Source of the DNA: Oscillospiraceae bacterium
Lineage (GTDB): Bacteria > Bacillota > Clostridia > Oscillospirales > Ruminococcaceae
DNA: 64,000 bases
Assembly: GCA_900768995.1 (NCBI GenBank)
Contig: CAAGEZ010000017.1
Location: forward strand, 22,455-86,454
Reading direction: 5' to 3'
Shown here: in pieces, positions 1 to 10,163 of the stretch
Position numbering within the stretch: the stretch's first letter is position 1
How the letters are laid out: each line of letters opens with the position of its first letter
The notes under the pieces: model-generated
Databases searched by the model: none
What the model saw: only the letters and a program-made list of their open reading frames with translations
Told to the model about the DNA's origin: nothing
Program-made: the position numbers and the translations under genes

Positions 1-600
1 AAGGCTGCCGATCTCCTCAATTTTTTCCCTGAGCATCTCCTCACGCTCTGCCTTTTCTTTACGTTCAAGGGTGAGTTTTTTCAGCTTTCGGGATATTTCC
101 TGAAGCTGCTTGAAGCTTTCGTGATACTCCTCAGTCTGCTTTTCAAGTCCGCCGTAGCTATCAAGAATGGAAAGGTGCTTTTCGGGATTCATAAGTATCT
201 GATTATCGTGCTGACCGTGGATATTTACAAGGCACTCCCCTATTTCACGGAGCACGGAAACCGTTGATGCCCTTGAATTTACCCTTGCGATACTGCCGCC
301 GTCGGAGTTTATCTCTCTTGTGAGTGTAAGCTGACCGTCCTCGTGGGATACACCAAGCTCATCAAGACGTTGACACACATTATCGGAAAGCCGGGTAAAA
401 AGTGCGGAGATAACAGCCTTGTCACAGCCTGCACGGACGATATCCTTAGTTATCCTCTGACCGAGAACGGCGTTTATTCCGTTTATCAGAATGGATTTTC
501 CCGCACCTGTTTCGCCCGTGAACACATTGAAATGATCCGAAAACGGTATGGAAGCCTCTTCAATTATAGCAAGATTTTTTATATAAAGCTCACTGAGCAT
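1..600 (-). CDS. recN: DNA repair protein RecN, N-terminal part (the gene continues past the window start). The minus-strand translation begins MLSELYIKNLAIIEEASIPFSDHFNVFTGETGAGKSIL.
   Basis: Hand translation of the reverse complement of 1-600 gives the RecN N-terminus with a Walker A motif (GETGAGKS). The ATG is at 600-598. This ORF is not in the supplied track because it is cut by the window edge. Confidence 0.85.
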   Translation of the reverse strand, partial: MLSELYIKNLAIIEEASIPFSDHFNVFTGETGAGKSILINGINAVLGQRITKDIVRAGCDKAVISALFTRLSDNVCQRLDELGVSHEDGQLTLTREINSDGGSIARVNSRASTVSVLREIGECLVNIHGQHDNQILMNPEKHLSILDSYGGLEKQTEEYHESFKQLQEISRKLKKLTLERKEKAEREEMLREKIEEIGSL

Positions 601-1045
601 TCAAATCACCCTTTTTATCGTTGAAGATAACGCTTTGCATTTCCTTTACAAAAGCGGCTGCGTCCTTTTCGGAGCGCATAAGCACGAATATCGTATCATC
701 GCCCGCAAGAGTTCCCACAACTCCGCTGAATCCAAGCTTGTCAAACATTGCGCAGGCGGCATTTGCCATTCCTGCGTGGCACTTGAAAACCACAGTGTTA
801 AGGGCATAATCAACGGAGTTTACCGATTCCCTTATCAGTGCGGGAATTTCCGCAGAGCTTTTCTGCGGCACATAATAGCGGTCCTGCTTTTTTATCAGCC
901 CAAGCTCCTTGATGTCACGGGAAAGCGTTGCCTGAGTAACATCAATGCCACGCCTTAAAAGCTCTTCACGAAGCATTTCCTGAGTTTCAACGGAGCTGTT
1001 TTTAACTATCTCAAGAATTATCCCGTGTCTTTCCGATTTAACCAT
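590..1045 (-). CDS. argR: Arginine repressor ArgR
   Basis: ETQEMLREELLRRGIDVTQATLSRDIKELGLIK matches the ArgR winged-helix and the C-terminal oligomerisation domain. I chose the internal start MVKSERHG, which has a GAGGT ribosome-binding site 8 nt upstream; the longest ORF reaches 1060. Confidence 0.85.
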   Translation of the reverse strand: MVKSERHGIILEIVKNSSVETQEMLREELLRRGIDVTQATLSRDIKELGLIKKQDRYYVPQKSSAEIPALIRESVNSVDYALNTVVFKCHAGMANAACAMFDKLGFSGVVGTLAGDDTIFVLMRSEKDAAAFVKEMQSVIFNDKKGDLNAQ

Positions 1046-1056
1046 AGAGACATACC

Positions 1057-1917
1057 TCAAATATCCTTAATTGGATTCAAAAGCTTTTTGTTGACGGAAT
1101 TGAAAAATGAATTTCCCTGTATATCAATGAGCCGCAGAAATTTTTTTGAGCGTGTAATGAAAAGCTTGTCGTCCTTTTCGGCGCTTTCCTTTATCTGACC
1201 GTCAATGCTGAGATACAGAGGCGTGTTGTCCCTTGACCTGAACGTTACCTCAAGCTTTTTTTCGGTGGAAAAAAGCATTGTCCTCGATACAAGAGAATGG
1301 GGACACACAGGTGTCATCTGAATGCATTCAAGCCCAGGTTCAAGGATAGGTCCCCCTGCGGACAAGGCGTATGCGGTGGAGCCTGTGGGAGTTGAAAAGA
1401 TAACTCCGTCCGCTCTCAGGGTACTCACATTTGTGCCGTTTACAGAAACAAAATAGTCTGCAAGCCTGCCAAACTGACTTGATATCACGATATCGTTCAG
1501 AGCCGTGAATGTGTCCTTTTTTCCGCCGCCCACAAATTCGCAGTCCAACATCATACGGTTTTCAACAGTGTAATCCCCGCTCATAAGCTTTGACAGGTTA
1601 TAAAGCTCGTCAGGCTCCATAGATGCCATAAATCCGAGACGTCCCGTGTTTATCCCAAGTAGGAGCTTGTCATATTCAGCGGCATATGCAGAGGCTTCGA
1701 GAATAGTTCCGTCACCGCCCACAGCGATTATCAGGTCACAAAGCTCCGCAGCCTCTTTCACAGGCATAAATTTCACGTATTTCTTTACGGGAAAACGTTC
1801 TTTCAGATTATCCCCGCAGAATATCTCAAAACCCATATTATGAAGCATAGAGCAGACCTTGCCCGTGGTCTCATATGCATTTTTTTTTGAAAAATTAGGC
1901 CATATCACAGTTTTCAT
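1057..1917 (-). CDS. nadK: NAD+ kinase
   Basis: The GGDGTIL motif and the NGxxLGF(M) region are typical of the NadK/PpnK family, and the length fits (286 aa). Confidence 0.9.
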   Translation of the reverse strand: MKTVIWPNFSKKNAYETTGKVCSMLHNMGFEIFCGDNLKERFPVKKYVKFMPVKEAAELCDLIIAVGGDGTILEASAYAAEYDKLLLGINTGRLGFMASMEPDELYNLSKLMSGDYTVENRMMLDCEFVGGGKKDTFTALNDIVISSQFGRLADYFVSVNGTNVSTLRADGVIFSTPTGSTAYALSAGGPILEPGLECIQMTPVCPHSLVSRTMLFSTEKKLEVTFRSRDNTPLYLSIDGQIKESAEKDDKLFITRSKKFLRLIDIQGNSFFNSVNKKLLNPIKDI

Positions 1918-1930
1918 AATATGATTCCTT

Positions 1931-2722
1931 TCACGCCTTTTTAAAGCTCTTATGGGCTTTTGAAACTATTTCGGCACAGTCAACAGGTTTACCGATGACA
2001 CTGCCTTTTACAGCATATATAAGGTATTCGATATTTCCGTCGCCGCCCTGAATGGGAGAATGATCCGCTCCCATTACGGTCAGACCGTTTTGTGCGCAGA
2101 ATGAAACTATATCGCTGAACACTGCCCTGTGCACCTTATCGGAACGGACGATTCCGTTCTTGCCGATATCCGCCCTGCCGCATTCAAACTGTGGCTTTAC
2201 GAGCATAACAGCCTGACCGTTATCGCAAAGCAGCTTCACAATTTTCGGAATGACCTTTTTGAGCGATATGAACGAAACATCTGTGGAAATGAACTGTATC
2301 TCCCTGTCAAGCTCAGAGGGCATCAGGTCTTTTATGTTAACACCCTCCATATTCTTAACACGCTTATCATTTAGCAGCTTTTCATCAAGCTGACCGTGCC
2401 CCACATCTACCGCATAAACATATTCGGCACCGTTTTGGAGCATACAGTCCGTAAAGCCGCCTGTTGACGCTCCGATGTCCATACACACAAGTCCGTTCAC
2501 CGATATTTTGAAGCTGTCAAGAGCCTTTTCAAGCTTTAGTCCTCCCCTGCCAACATACTTGGGCAAGGGGGCACAGAGAGCAACATTATCATTCTCAGAT
2601 ATCTCCTTTGACGGCTTCGTCACAACGTTTCCGTTGACGGTAACTCCACCCTCGGATATCATTCTTTTGGCTGTTTCACGGCTTTTCACAAGTCCGCTTT
2701 CAGACAAATATACATCAAGCCG
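1931..2722 (-). CDS. tlyA: TlyA-family rRNA 2'-O-methyltransferase (the so-called hemolysin A)
   Basis: MRLDVYLSESGLVKSRETAKRMI is an S4 domain and is followed by the FtsJ-like methyltransferase motif DIGASTGGFTDCMLQNGA. I chose the start at MRLDV; the longest ORF reaches 2782. Confidence 0.85.
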   Translation of the reverse strand, partial: RLDVYLSESGLVKSRETAKRMISEGGVTVNGNVVTKPSKEISENDNVALCAPLPKYVGRGGLKLEKALDSFKISVNGLVCMDIGASTGGFTDCMLQNGAEYVYAVDVGHGQLDEKLLNDKRVKNMEGVNIKDLMPSELDREIQFISTDVSFISLKKVIPKIVKLLCDNGQAVMLVKPQFECGRADIGKNGIVRSDKVHRAVFSDIVSFCAQNGLTVMGADHSPIQGGDGNIEYLIYAVKGSVIGKPVDCAEIVSKAHKSFKKA

Positions 2723-2738
2723 CATAACTTCCTCCGAA

Positions 2739-4622
2739 TTATATAAAATCAGAAATTTTCTTCTCAATTCCTGCTTTGTCAAGGGAAAATCTTTTCAAAG
2801 CACTTTCGGTCTTTGCCTGCTTGACAAAGCCGTGTATCGCATTTATGTTTATGTCACCCTTATAGTCCTTTGCAGTAAGAGCGACTGTGAGATGTTCACC
2901 GATGCTGCCGTTCTGAAGAGCTTCTTCAAATATGATGATTTTATCGTATTTCATACAAAGGTCAATGACGCTGCTTTCAATGGGGAATATTTTCACAAGC
3001 TTCAATACATCTGTATCAAGTCCGTCGGCCCTTACAGCTTCGCATACCGTGCCGCCTGTCCGTCCGTAGCCTATGGCAAGATTTTTGCTGCCGTGTCCCT
3101 CAAAACAGAACATATTATTTTCGTCAAGCTTCATTTTCACATTGCTCTGAGCACCTCTCGGATATCTCACAGCTGCCACCGAAGGTGTGTCATATAAAGC
3201 CTTTCTGAGACAAAGCCGCAGTTCGTCATAATCCGACGGAGAATAGACAGTGATGTTCGGGATACAGGTGAGCATTGGAACATCAAAAAGTCCCTGATGA
3301 GTTTCACCGTCTTCACCCACTATTCCTGCACGGTCGATGCCAAGAACAATATGTGTTCTGCTTATGGCAGCATCGTGTATTATCTGGTCATAGCCACGCT
3401 GCAAAAAGCTTGAATACACCGCAAAAACAGGCAGCATTCCGCTTACCGCAAGACCTGCCGCAAATGTAACTGCGTGCTGTTCGGCAATGCCAACATCGAA
3501 AAATCTTGATGGGCAGGCTTCCGCAAATTTATTAAGTCCCGTTCCGTATTTCATCGCCGCAGTAATGGCGCAGATACGCTTGTCGGAAGTTCCGAGCTTT
3601 GCAAGCTCATCACCGAAAACAGCAGAAAAGCTGTCACTGCTTATAAATTCAGGATTTCCCTGCTTTATAGCTTTAGGTGCAAGACCGTGGAATGCTCCCG
3701 GATTTTTCTCAGCAGGACGATAGCCCTTGCCCTTGACGGTGTTTACGTGAACCAGCACAGGCTTTTTCGCCGCTTTTGCCGCTTCAAGGGTCTCCTCAAG
3801 GCTTTTTAAATTGTGACCATCAACGGGACCCAGATATACAAATCCAAGATTTTCAAACATTGTTGCTCCCGCAGGCTGACCGTTTGAACGGTAGAGCATC
3901 CACCTTACAGCGTCCTTTGAGGCAAGCATAAGCTCCTTGACGGGCTTTCCCACAATGGGAGTTTTGTCAAGAATATTCTCCACATTTTTCTTAGCTTCAA
4001 CATACGCTTTTCTTCCTCTGAGAGAAGAAAGGTATTTTGCAAGAGCACCTACATTTTTTGATATGGACATCTCGTTGTCATTAAGTATAACGATAAGATT
4101 GTCGTCACTTTTGCCTGCGTTGTTAAGTCCCTCGTAGACCATACCGCCTGTGAATGCACCGTCTCCGATAACGGCGATAACGTTGTGGTCGTCGCCTTGC
4201 AGTCTCATTGCCTTTGCAATTCCGCAGGCGGCGGAAATTGAATTGCTGCTGTGACCGCTAATAAAGATGTCGTGCTCGGATTCGGTAGGCTTTGCAAAGC
4301 CCGATATCCCACCCTCTGTCCTCAGTGTTGAAAAATCATTCAAGCGTCCTGTGAGGAGCTTGTGGGTGTATGCCTGATGACCAACGTCCCAGATTATTCT
4401 GTCAAAGGGAGATTCAAAAACACGGTGTATAGCCATTGTAAGCTCCACTGTGCCGAGGTTTGAGGCAAGATGTCCGCCGTTTTCGGCAACTGTGTCTATA
4501 AGTATCCCTCTAATTTCCCTGCAAAGGCTTATGCACTGAGGTATGGAAAGCTTTTTCAGGTCATTTGGGAGATCAAGGTCTTTGAGCCTTACAGTTGTAT
4601 TGTCATTCATAATTATGACCAT
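2739..4622 (-). CDS. dxs: 1-deoxy-D-xylulose-5-phosphate synthase
   Basis: GGHLASNLGTVELTMAIHRVF and DVGHQAY are thiamine-diphosphate-binding motifs of Dxs, and there is a transketolase-like C-terminal domain. 627 aa. Confidence 0.95.
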   Translation of the reverse strand: MVIIMNDNTTVRLKDLDLPNDLKKLSIPQCISLCREIRGILIDTVAENGGHLASNLGTVELTMAIHRVFESPFDRIIWDVGHQAYTHKLLTGRLNDFSTLRTEGGISGFAKPTESEHDIFISGHSSNSISAACGIAKAMRLQGDDHNVIAVIGDGAFTGGMVYEGLNNAGKSDDNLIVILNDNEMSISKNVGALAKYLSSLRGRKAYVEAKKNVENILDKTPIVGKPVKELMLASKDAVRWMLYRSNGQPAGATMFENLGFVYLGPVDGHNLKSLEETLEAAKAAKKPVLVHVNTVKGKGYRPAEKNPGAFHGLAPKAIKQGNPEFISSDSFSAVFGDELAKLGTSDKRICAITAAMKYGTGLNKFAEACPSRFFDVGIAEQHAVTFAAGLAVSGMLPVFAVYSSFLQRGYDQIIHDAAISRTHIVLGIDRAGIVGEDGETHQGLFDVPMLTCIPNITVYSPSDYDELRLCLRKALYDTPSVAAVRYPRGAQSNVKMKLDENNMFCFEGHGSKNLAIGYGRTGGTVCEAVRADGLDTDVLKLVKIFPIESSVIDLCMKYDKIIIFEEALQNGSIGEHLTVALTAKDYKGDININAIHGFVKQAKTESALKRFSLDKAGIEKKISDFI

Positions 4623-4682
4623 TCCTTTTTAAGAGCTTATGATAAGCTCTGTCTGAAAATCATATTTCCAAACATTGTCAGT

Positions 4683-5189
4683 TTATATGTTCATCGGCAT
4701 AATGAAAGCAAGAATTATTCCGAGAAAAGCACCGCTTACGACCTCAAAGGGAGTATGTCCCAGATATTCCTTCATAACCGCAAAGCCTGTGTTTGCAGCC
4801 TGAGCAATATCTTCAAGGGGTTTCCCCGAGGAAGCGGGGCGGCTTTCTAGGATACGGTTTATCCTGTTGATAGCCTTTGCGTGCTGTCCCGCAGCTCTGC
4901 GGACGCCCATTGCATCATACATTGTGATAAGCGCCACAATGCACATAATAGCAAACGGGGTCGAAGCAACGCCGTCAACACGGTAAACTCCCACAGCCGC
5001 CGAGCATACCATTGCCGAATGTGCACTTGGCCAGCCGCCTGCTCCGAAGAGCCTTTCCACGCTGAATTTTTTGTACTTTATCAGGTTGATGATCGTCTTC
5101 AGGAACTGAGCAACACACCAGCCTACAATGGAAGTTACAAGGATATAGTTGTAATATTCCGACATTTGATAACATTCCCTTTCGATCAA
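4683..5189 (-). CDS. Divergent PAP2-family (acid phosphatase/haloperoxidase-related, DUF212) membrane protein
   Basis: GWPSAHSAM and several predicted transmembrane segments. It occupies the conserved position between dxs and ispA. The start is uncertain. Confidence 0.6.
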   Translation of the reverse strand: MIERECYQMSEYYNYILVTSIVGWCVAQFLKTIINLIKYKKFSVERLFGAGGWPSAHSAMVCSAAVGVYRVDGVASTPFAIMCIVALITMYDAMGVRRAAGQHAKAINRINRILESRPASSGKPLEDIAQAANTGFAVMKEYLGHTPFEVVSGAFLGIILAFIMPMNI

Positions 5190-6067
5190 TATTCCCGTTT
5201 CAGAAGATATGCTGTGAGCTGTGATAAGAAATCGCTGTCGGGAAAGCTTTCAGCGATAGACACAGCCTTTGCGGTAAGCTCCTCAGCCTTTTTCTCAGCG
5301 GCATCAAGACCGAACACAGCAGAATATGTAGCCTTGTTAAGATCGGCATCGCTGTGAACAGGCTTTCCGAGAAGCTTTTCGTCAGCCGTGATATCAAGGA
5401 TATCATCGACTATCTGGAAAGCAAGTCCCAGTGCCTCAGCATATTTCTCAGCCGCAGGTATCATATCATACCTTTCGGCACAGATACAGCCCATTACACA
5501 GGCGCATTTTATAAGAGCGCTTGTTTTCATCGAATACATTTTCAGAAGAAGCTCTGCGTCAAAGGGCTTGCCCACGTTCTGAACATCAACGGTCTGACCG
5601 CCGATCATTCCCATAACGCCAACAGATTCCGACAGAACCCTTATCACCCTTATCCTCTGTTCAAAAGACAGCTTTTCATCAGATGAAATGACCTCGAAAG
5701 CATAATTTTCAAGAGCATCTCCAGCAAGCAGAGCAATATCCTCTCCGAACTGCTTGTGACAGGAGGGCTTTCCTCTGCGGAAATCATCATTGTCCATACA
5801 GGGCAGATCGTCGTGGATAAGGGAAAATGTGTGTATCATTTCAAGAGCACAGGCAGAATCCAGAGCCTTTTCCTCGCTGCCGCCGAAAATGCGTGCAAAT
5901 TCCGTTGCAAGAACGGGTCTGATACGCTTTCCGCCAGCCGCAAGTGAATATTTCATAGCCTGCGCACAGATAAGCTGATGGGAAGCATTCTTTTCGGTGT
6001 AAACGCCCATAAGCTCTTCAAGTCTGCCGTTTATGAGCTGTGCACGGCGTTCAAGAATTTCTTTCAT
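5186..6067 (-). CDS. ispA: Farnesyl diphosphate synthase (geranyltranstransferase)
   Basis: The first and second Asp-rich motifs LIHDDLPCMDNDDFRRG and FQIVDDILD are present. I chose the start at MKEIL. Confidence 0.9.
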   Translation of the reverse strand: MKEILERRAQLINGRLEELMGVYTEKNASHQLICAQAMKYSLAAGGKRIRPVLATEFARIFGGSEEKALDSACALEMIHTFSLIHDDLPCMDNDDFRRGKPSCHKQFGEDIALLAGDALENYAFEVISSDEKLSFEQRIRVIRVLSESVGVMGMIGGQTVDVQNVGKPFDAELLLKMYSMKTSALIKCACVMGCICAERYDMIPAAEKYAEALGLAFQIVDDILDITADEKLLGKPVHSDADLNKATYSAVFGLDAAEKKAEELTAKAVSIAESFPDSDFLSQLTAYLLKREY

Positions 6068-6068
6068 A

Positions 6069-6254
6069 TTATAATTCCTCCGCACTTGTGACCTTCATAA
6101 CCGATTTTTCGGCTTCATCAAGGAGCTTTTTGCACTTTGCAAGCTCGTCTGCGCCGCTTTTGTAAAGCTCAACTGCTTCTTCAAGGGGAATATCTCCCTC
6201 CGAAAGCCTGCCGATTATTTCATCAACGTGTTTAACGGATTTTTCAAAGCTCAT
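6069..6254 (-). CDS. xseB: Exodeoxyribonuclease VII small subunit
   Basis: 61 aa with LEEAVELYKSGADELAKCKKLLDEAE, an XseB helix, lying directly downstream of xseA. Confidence 0.85.
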   Translation of the reverse strand: MSFEKSVKHVDEIIGRLSEGDIPLEEAVELYKSGADELAKCKKLLDEAEKSVMKVTSAEEL

Positions 6255-6269
6255 TATGACTTCTCCTTT

Positions 6270-7457
6270 TTATTTTACGATAACAGCACCTGCTTCATTG
6301 TCCGCAAACCTGACCGTTATCCTGTCCCCTTCCGAAAGCTCATCTGCCGACTTTATAAGCTCATTTTCCTTATAAACAAGGCTGTAGCCCCGTGACATAA
6401 TTTTCAGAGGACTGAGCGAATCAAGGGCGGCGGCTCTTGAACCGATGACAGCCTTTTTCTTTTCAATGCAGCTTTTCATCGCTTCCGAGAGCCTTATCTC
6501 ATTAGATGCAAGCTTTTCCCTCATTGCGGACAATGCTGCCGAAGGAGCATAATTTTTCAGCTCTGATTCAATTGCCATAAGCTCGTGCCTTTTGCGTGCT
6601 ATGAACGTGGCAAATGCATTGTCGAGAGCATTTTTATATGAATCAACTGCCGCCGAAAGTGACGCTGTATCGGGAACTGCAAGCTCTGCCGCAGCCGACG
6701 GCGTGGGGGCACGGAGATCGGATACAAAATCAATGAGAGTGGTATCCGTTTCGTGACCTACCGCAGATATAACGGGTGTGTTCATTGCAAAGACCGTGCG
6801 GGCGATCTTTTCGCTGTTAAATGCAAAAAGATCCTCGGGAGAGCCTCCGCCACGTCCGCAGATGATAACGTCACAGCCGCTTGAATCCGCAAATTCAAGA
6901 GCTTCGCAAATCGAATCGACAGCATATTCCCCCTGAACCACGCAGGGAAAAACAATAGCCTCGCAGAACGGATAACGCCTGCCGATAATATTCAGTATAT
7001 CCCTTAAAGCAGCTCCGCCCTTAGCCGTAACTATGCCCACACGCTTCGGAAATTTCGGCAGGGGCTTTTTATAAACAGGCTCAAAAAGTCCCTCCGACGC
7101 AAGCTTTTCTTTTAATTGTTCAAAAGCAAGATACTGAGCGCCGATGCCATCGGGCTGGATATCCGTAACATAAAGCTGATAAACGCCGTCACGTTCAAAA
7201 ACCTGCAAGCTGCCCATAACGATCACATTCATACCGCTTTGAGGCATAAATTTAAGGGAAGCCGCATAGCTGCTGAACATCACAGCTTTTATTGATGATG
7301 TGCTGTCTTTAAGGGTGAAATAAAAGTGACCCGTCCGCATATGGTGGGTAAAGCCCGATATTTCGCCCTTTACAAGAAGTCCTCTGAGCTTTGTGTCCTC
7401 TTTTATTTTAAATGACATATAGCGGTTAAGCTGGGAAACTGTCAGAATGCTGCTCAT
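6270..7457 (-). CDS. xseA: Exodeoxyribonuclease VII large subunit
   Basis: N-terminal OB-fold region (MSSILTVSQLNRYMSFKIKED, then VKGEISGF) followed by the catalytic domain, 395 aa. The xseA-xseB-ispA order is conserved. Confidence 0.9.
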   Translation of the reverse strand: MSSILTVSQLNRYMSFKIKEDTKLRGLLVKGEISGFTHHMRTGHFYFTLKDSTSSIKAVMFSSYAASLKFMPQSGMNVIVMGSLQVFERDGVYQLYVTDIQPDGIGAQYLAFEQLKEKLASEGLFEPVYKKPLPKFPKRVGIVTAKGGAALRDILNIIGRRYPFCEAIVFPCVVQGEYAVDSICEALEFADSSGCDVIICGRGGGSPEDLFAFNSEKIARTVFAMNTPVISAVGHETDTTLIDFVSDLRAPTPSAAAELAVPDTASLSAAVDSYKNALDNAFATFIARKRHELMAIESELKNYAPSAALSAMREKLASNEIRLSEAMKSCIEKKKAVIGSRAAALDSLSPLKIMSRGYSLVYKENELIKSADELSEGDRITVRFADNEAGAVIVK

Positions 7458-8407
7458 TTAAACTGCCTTTCATAAGTATAATATGCATACAGTGCAATTC
7501 CTGCGGCGTTATCGCAGGAAAATTCGGGAGCGGAGAAATATACATCGTCAAATCTTTTTCTGAGCAATTCTTTTATATAGCCATTTGACATAACTCCACC
7601 CGCAAATATCACAGGGAGCTTTCCGTATTTCTCATAGGCATAAGAGGTCATTTCGCTTACAGATGAATAAACGGCATTAAGTATAAATCTCGCCGTATTT
7701 TCGGGAGTTTCGCCCCCTGCAAGCATAGCCTGAGCCTTGTTCTCAAATCCGGAGAGACAGCAGGAACCATTTCGCATAACAGCCTTCGCTTTGATGTTCT
7801 TATCCGATTTTTCAGCCAGCTTTTCAAGAGCGGGACCGCAGGGAAAATCAAGCCCCAGCATAAGTCCTGTGCGGTCTATGAGCTGACCTGCTTTAAGGTC
7901 GAGAGATGATGCTGTTTCAGTGACTTTGATAAGCTCATTTTCATCAGGCTCACAGTAAAGACAGTCGGTAGTGCCGCCGCTTACGTGAAAAGCAATGAAC
8001 GGTGAATTTATCATAGAAAGCCTGTCCGCCGAATACAGTGCCGCAAGAATATGTCCTATTTGGTGAGATGTCTTGTAAACAGGAATGCTGTTTACCGCAC
8101 CGATGCTGTCCCCAAGCCCCTCTCCGCAGAGAAAGCATGGCATATAGGAGCCCTCGATATTTCTCGGACGAAATGACGCTCCGACTGCGCATATTTTATC
8201 TTTCCCGTTATAATCGGCAAAAAGCTTTGTGACCATTTCGGGGAGCTGTTTTGTATGCTGAAAGACCGCATCGCTCTGACGGAGACCCGCTTCGCCGCTT
8301 TTTACCGAAAGCAGCTTTTTTCGTGATAATACCACACCGCCGTCACTGTTAAAAAGTGCCGCAGATGTAGTGTAATTGCTGGTGTCAAGACCTAAAAAAA
8401 GCGGCAT
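7454..8407 (-). CDS. Glycoprotease (peptidase M22, Kae1/TsaD-like ASKHA fold) family protein
   Basis: LGLDTSNYTTSAALF is an ASKHA phosphate-1 type N-terminus. A gene of this family commonly sits between nusB and xseA in Clostridia. Whether it is catalytically competent cannot be judged here. Confidence 0.55.
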   Translation of the reverse strand: MPLFLGLDTSNYTTSAALFNSDGGVVLSRKKLLSVKSGEAGLRQSDAVFQHTKQLPEMVTKLFADYNGKDKICAVGASFRPRNIEGSYMPCFLCGEGLGDSIGAVNSIPVYKTSHQIGHILAALYSADRLSMINSPFIAFHVSGGTTDCLYCEPDENELIKVTETASSLDLKAGQLIDRTGLMLGLDFPCGPALEKLAEKSDKNIKAKAVMRNGSCCLSGFENKAQAMLAGGETPENTARFILNAVYSSVSEMTSYAYEKYGKLPVIFAGGVMSNGYIKELLRKRFDDVYFSAPEFSCDNAAGIALYAYYTYERQFK

Positions 8408-8859
8408 TATTCCTCGTCTCCCTGAGACTTTTCGGGTATGTTCTTCTCGGGTATATTTCCGCTGCGGGCAAAAGAACCGAGAACGCCGTTGACAAAGTGC
8501 TTGTCAGCGTCAAATGCATATTTCTGAGTAAGTAAAACAGCCTCGCTTATGGCAACGCTTACGGGAACGCTTTCCTCGTAAAGGCACTCATAAACCGCAA
8601 GTCTAAGTACAGCAAGGCTTACCTTGCCTATTCTCTCCACCTTACGCTTTTCGCTGTACTGTGAGATTATTTCGTCAAGCTCATCAGCCTTTTCGGTAAC
8701 TGTCTTGAAAATGCGGCAGACCTCGTCGTTAAAATCATATTCGTCTGCGTCCTTAGCAAACTCGATTATCTCATCGCAGGTGTCGTCTCTGAACAGCTTT
8801 TCAAAAATAAGTAGAAATGCAGCTTCTCTGATGTGACTTTTCTTTAATGCTTTACCCAT
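8407..8859 (-). CDS. nusB: Transcription antitermination factor NusB
   Basis: AVLRLAVYECLYEESVPVSVAISEAVLLTQKYAFDADKHFVNGVLGSFAR is the NusB fold, and the gene lies upstream of xseA. Confidence 0.9.
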   Translation of the reverse strand: MGKALKKSHIREAAFLLIFEKLFRDDTCDEIIEFAKDADEYDFNDEVCRIFKTVTEKADELDEIISQYSEKRKVERIGKVSLAVLRLAVYECLYEESVPVSVAISEAVLLTQKYAFDADKHFVNGVLGSFARSGNIPEKNIPEKSQGDEE

Positions 8860-8912
8860 ATTTTAAATATCCTTTCCCGTGATCAGATGTTATACAAGCC
8901 TTAAAGCCTGTG

Positions 8913-8939
8913 AGAATACCGAAAAAATTTCGGCATTCT
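8913..8939. terminator. Stem-loop GAGAATACCGAAA...TTTCGGCATTCTA between spoIIIAH and nusB, a possible terminator or attenuator.
   Basis: An 11-bp stem with one mismatch; the flanking U-tract is weak. Confidence 0.3.
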
Positions 8940-9030
8940 ACAGGCTGCTTTTATACCTGCTGCTTTAGTATGTAAAAGCGGCAAATATATTCACTATTTC
9001 TATTATATCACATCTTCGGGAAATACACAA

Positions 9031-9615
9031 CTACTTAACTTCAAAAATTCTGATATTTTCCGAAGGAATTGTAACCTCTGTTAACAAAATATCTTTTATC
9101 TGTGCAGCTTCATCTGCGGCAAGCCCCTCTGAGCGTACAACTATGCTTGCAGTCTCGCCGTCCAGATACACAACGCAGTCCTCAAAGCCCTGTGCCTTGA
9201 TGAGTGATTCGATCTTGCTCTCGCTTTCGGAAAGCTGTGAAAGGTTCACTGCCTCCATTGTGTAAGCCGCATTTTCCTCTTCGGTAAGATCGCCGCCGTT
9301 TAAAATAGCCGATAAGGTCTGAACGGCATCATCACGGGAAGTCATTCTCGAAAGCCTTGCCTGAGCGAAATAATCGGAAGTGTCTACATCGACAGAGACT
9401 TCCTTGACCTCATCGGGGCTGTCCGAATTGACAAATGCAGCCTCGCCGTAATTTACTCCCCTGCTTTCGCCCGACTGGGACATATCTGCATTTGCGGCGA
9501 TCTCATCGCCAACCTCAGAGAACACGTAGTTCATATACACCGCAATTCCGAGAACAAGTGTGAGACCTGCAAGGATTATCTGCTTTTTTCCGATAATAAG
9601 ATTTGGTTTGCGCAT
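9031..9615 (-). CDS. spoIIIAH: Stage III sporulation protein AH
   Basis: An N-terminal transmembrane segment and a YscJ/FliF-like C-terminal domain, in the last position of the spoIIIA operon. Confidence 0.8.
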   Translation of the reverse strand: MRKPNLIIGKKQIILAGLTLVLGIAVYMNYVFSEVGDEIAANADMSQSGESRGVNYGEAAFVNSDSPDEVKEVSVDVDTSDYFAQARLSRMTSRDDAVQTLSAILNGGDLTEEENAAYTMEAVNLSQLSESESKIESLIKAQGFEDCVVYLDGETASIVVRSEGLAADEAAQIKDILLTEVTIPSENIRIFEVK

Positions 9616-9641
9616 AACTGATTCCTCCGTTTTATAAAAAA

Positions 9642-10163
9642 TTATTCCATAGCGGCAACGTATATCCTGCCTGCGGGTATGCCGAGGACTGCCGTTACTG
9701 TCCGGTATATCTCCTCACGCACCCTGTCGGACTTTCCGCCGCCGCAAACTACCGCAACACCTGTTATGGCAGGAGTGTTCACCTGCCTTAGCAGTGCTTC
9801 TTCGCTGTTTCCGTTTCTAACCGTAACATATTCGTTTTCGGTCTTTTTGCCGTTTATCTTTTCAGCCTGTGCGTATATGTATTCCTCTGTAGAGCTGAAA
9901 GATATCATAACCTTTACATCTCCCACCCCGTCTATGGCGGAAAGAAGCTCTTCGAGCCGCCGTTCGGTGTCCGAGTTGTAGTCTGTCCAAACGTTTGACG
10001 CAGGTTCGGTGACGATGGTTTCCTTTGGTTCTTCATTTTTATTACCTCCGAAAAAAAGTATCATAAGCATTCCCGCAATACCCACTGCGGCAGCGGCTGT
10101 CATTGCCTTTTTGCTGCCTGTGAGCCTGCTGTAAAACTCTTTTAATCTGTCAGGAATATTCAT
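9642..10163 (-). CDS. spoIIIAG: Stage III sporulation protein AG
   Basis: Position in the operon, an N-terminal transmembrane segment, and the conserved C-terminus ending ...IPAGRIYV. Confidence 0.8.
   Translation of the reverse strand: MNIPDRLKEFYSRLTGSKKAMTAAAAVGIAGMLMILFFGGNKNEEPKETIVTEPASNVWTDYNSDTERRLEELLSAIDGVGDVKVMISFSSTEEYIYAQAEKINGKKTENEYVTVRNGNSEEALLRQVNTPAITGVAVVCGGGKSDRVREEIYRTVTAVLGIPAGRIYVAAME

Noticed and set aside
343-958. Plus-strand ORFs of 93, 62 and 107 aa at the window start.
   Set aside because: They are shadow ORFs. They lie antisense to the recN N-terminus (1-600) and to argR (590-1045), both of which have clear homology on the minus strand.
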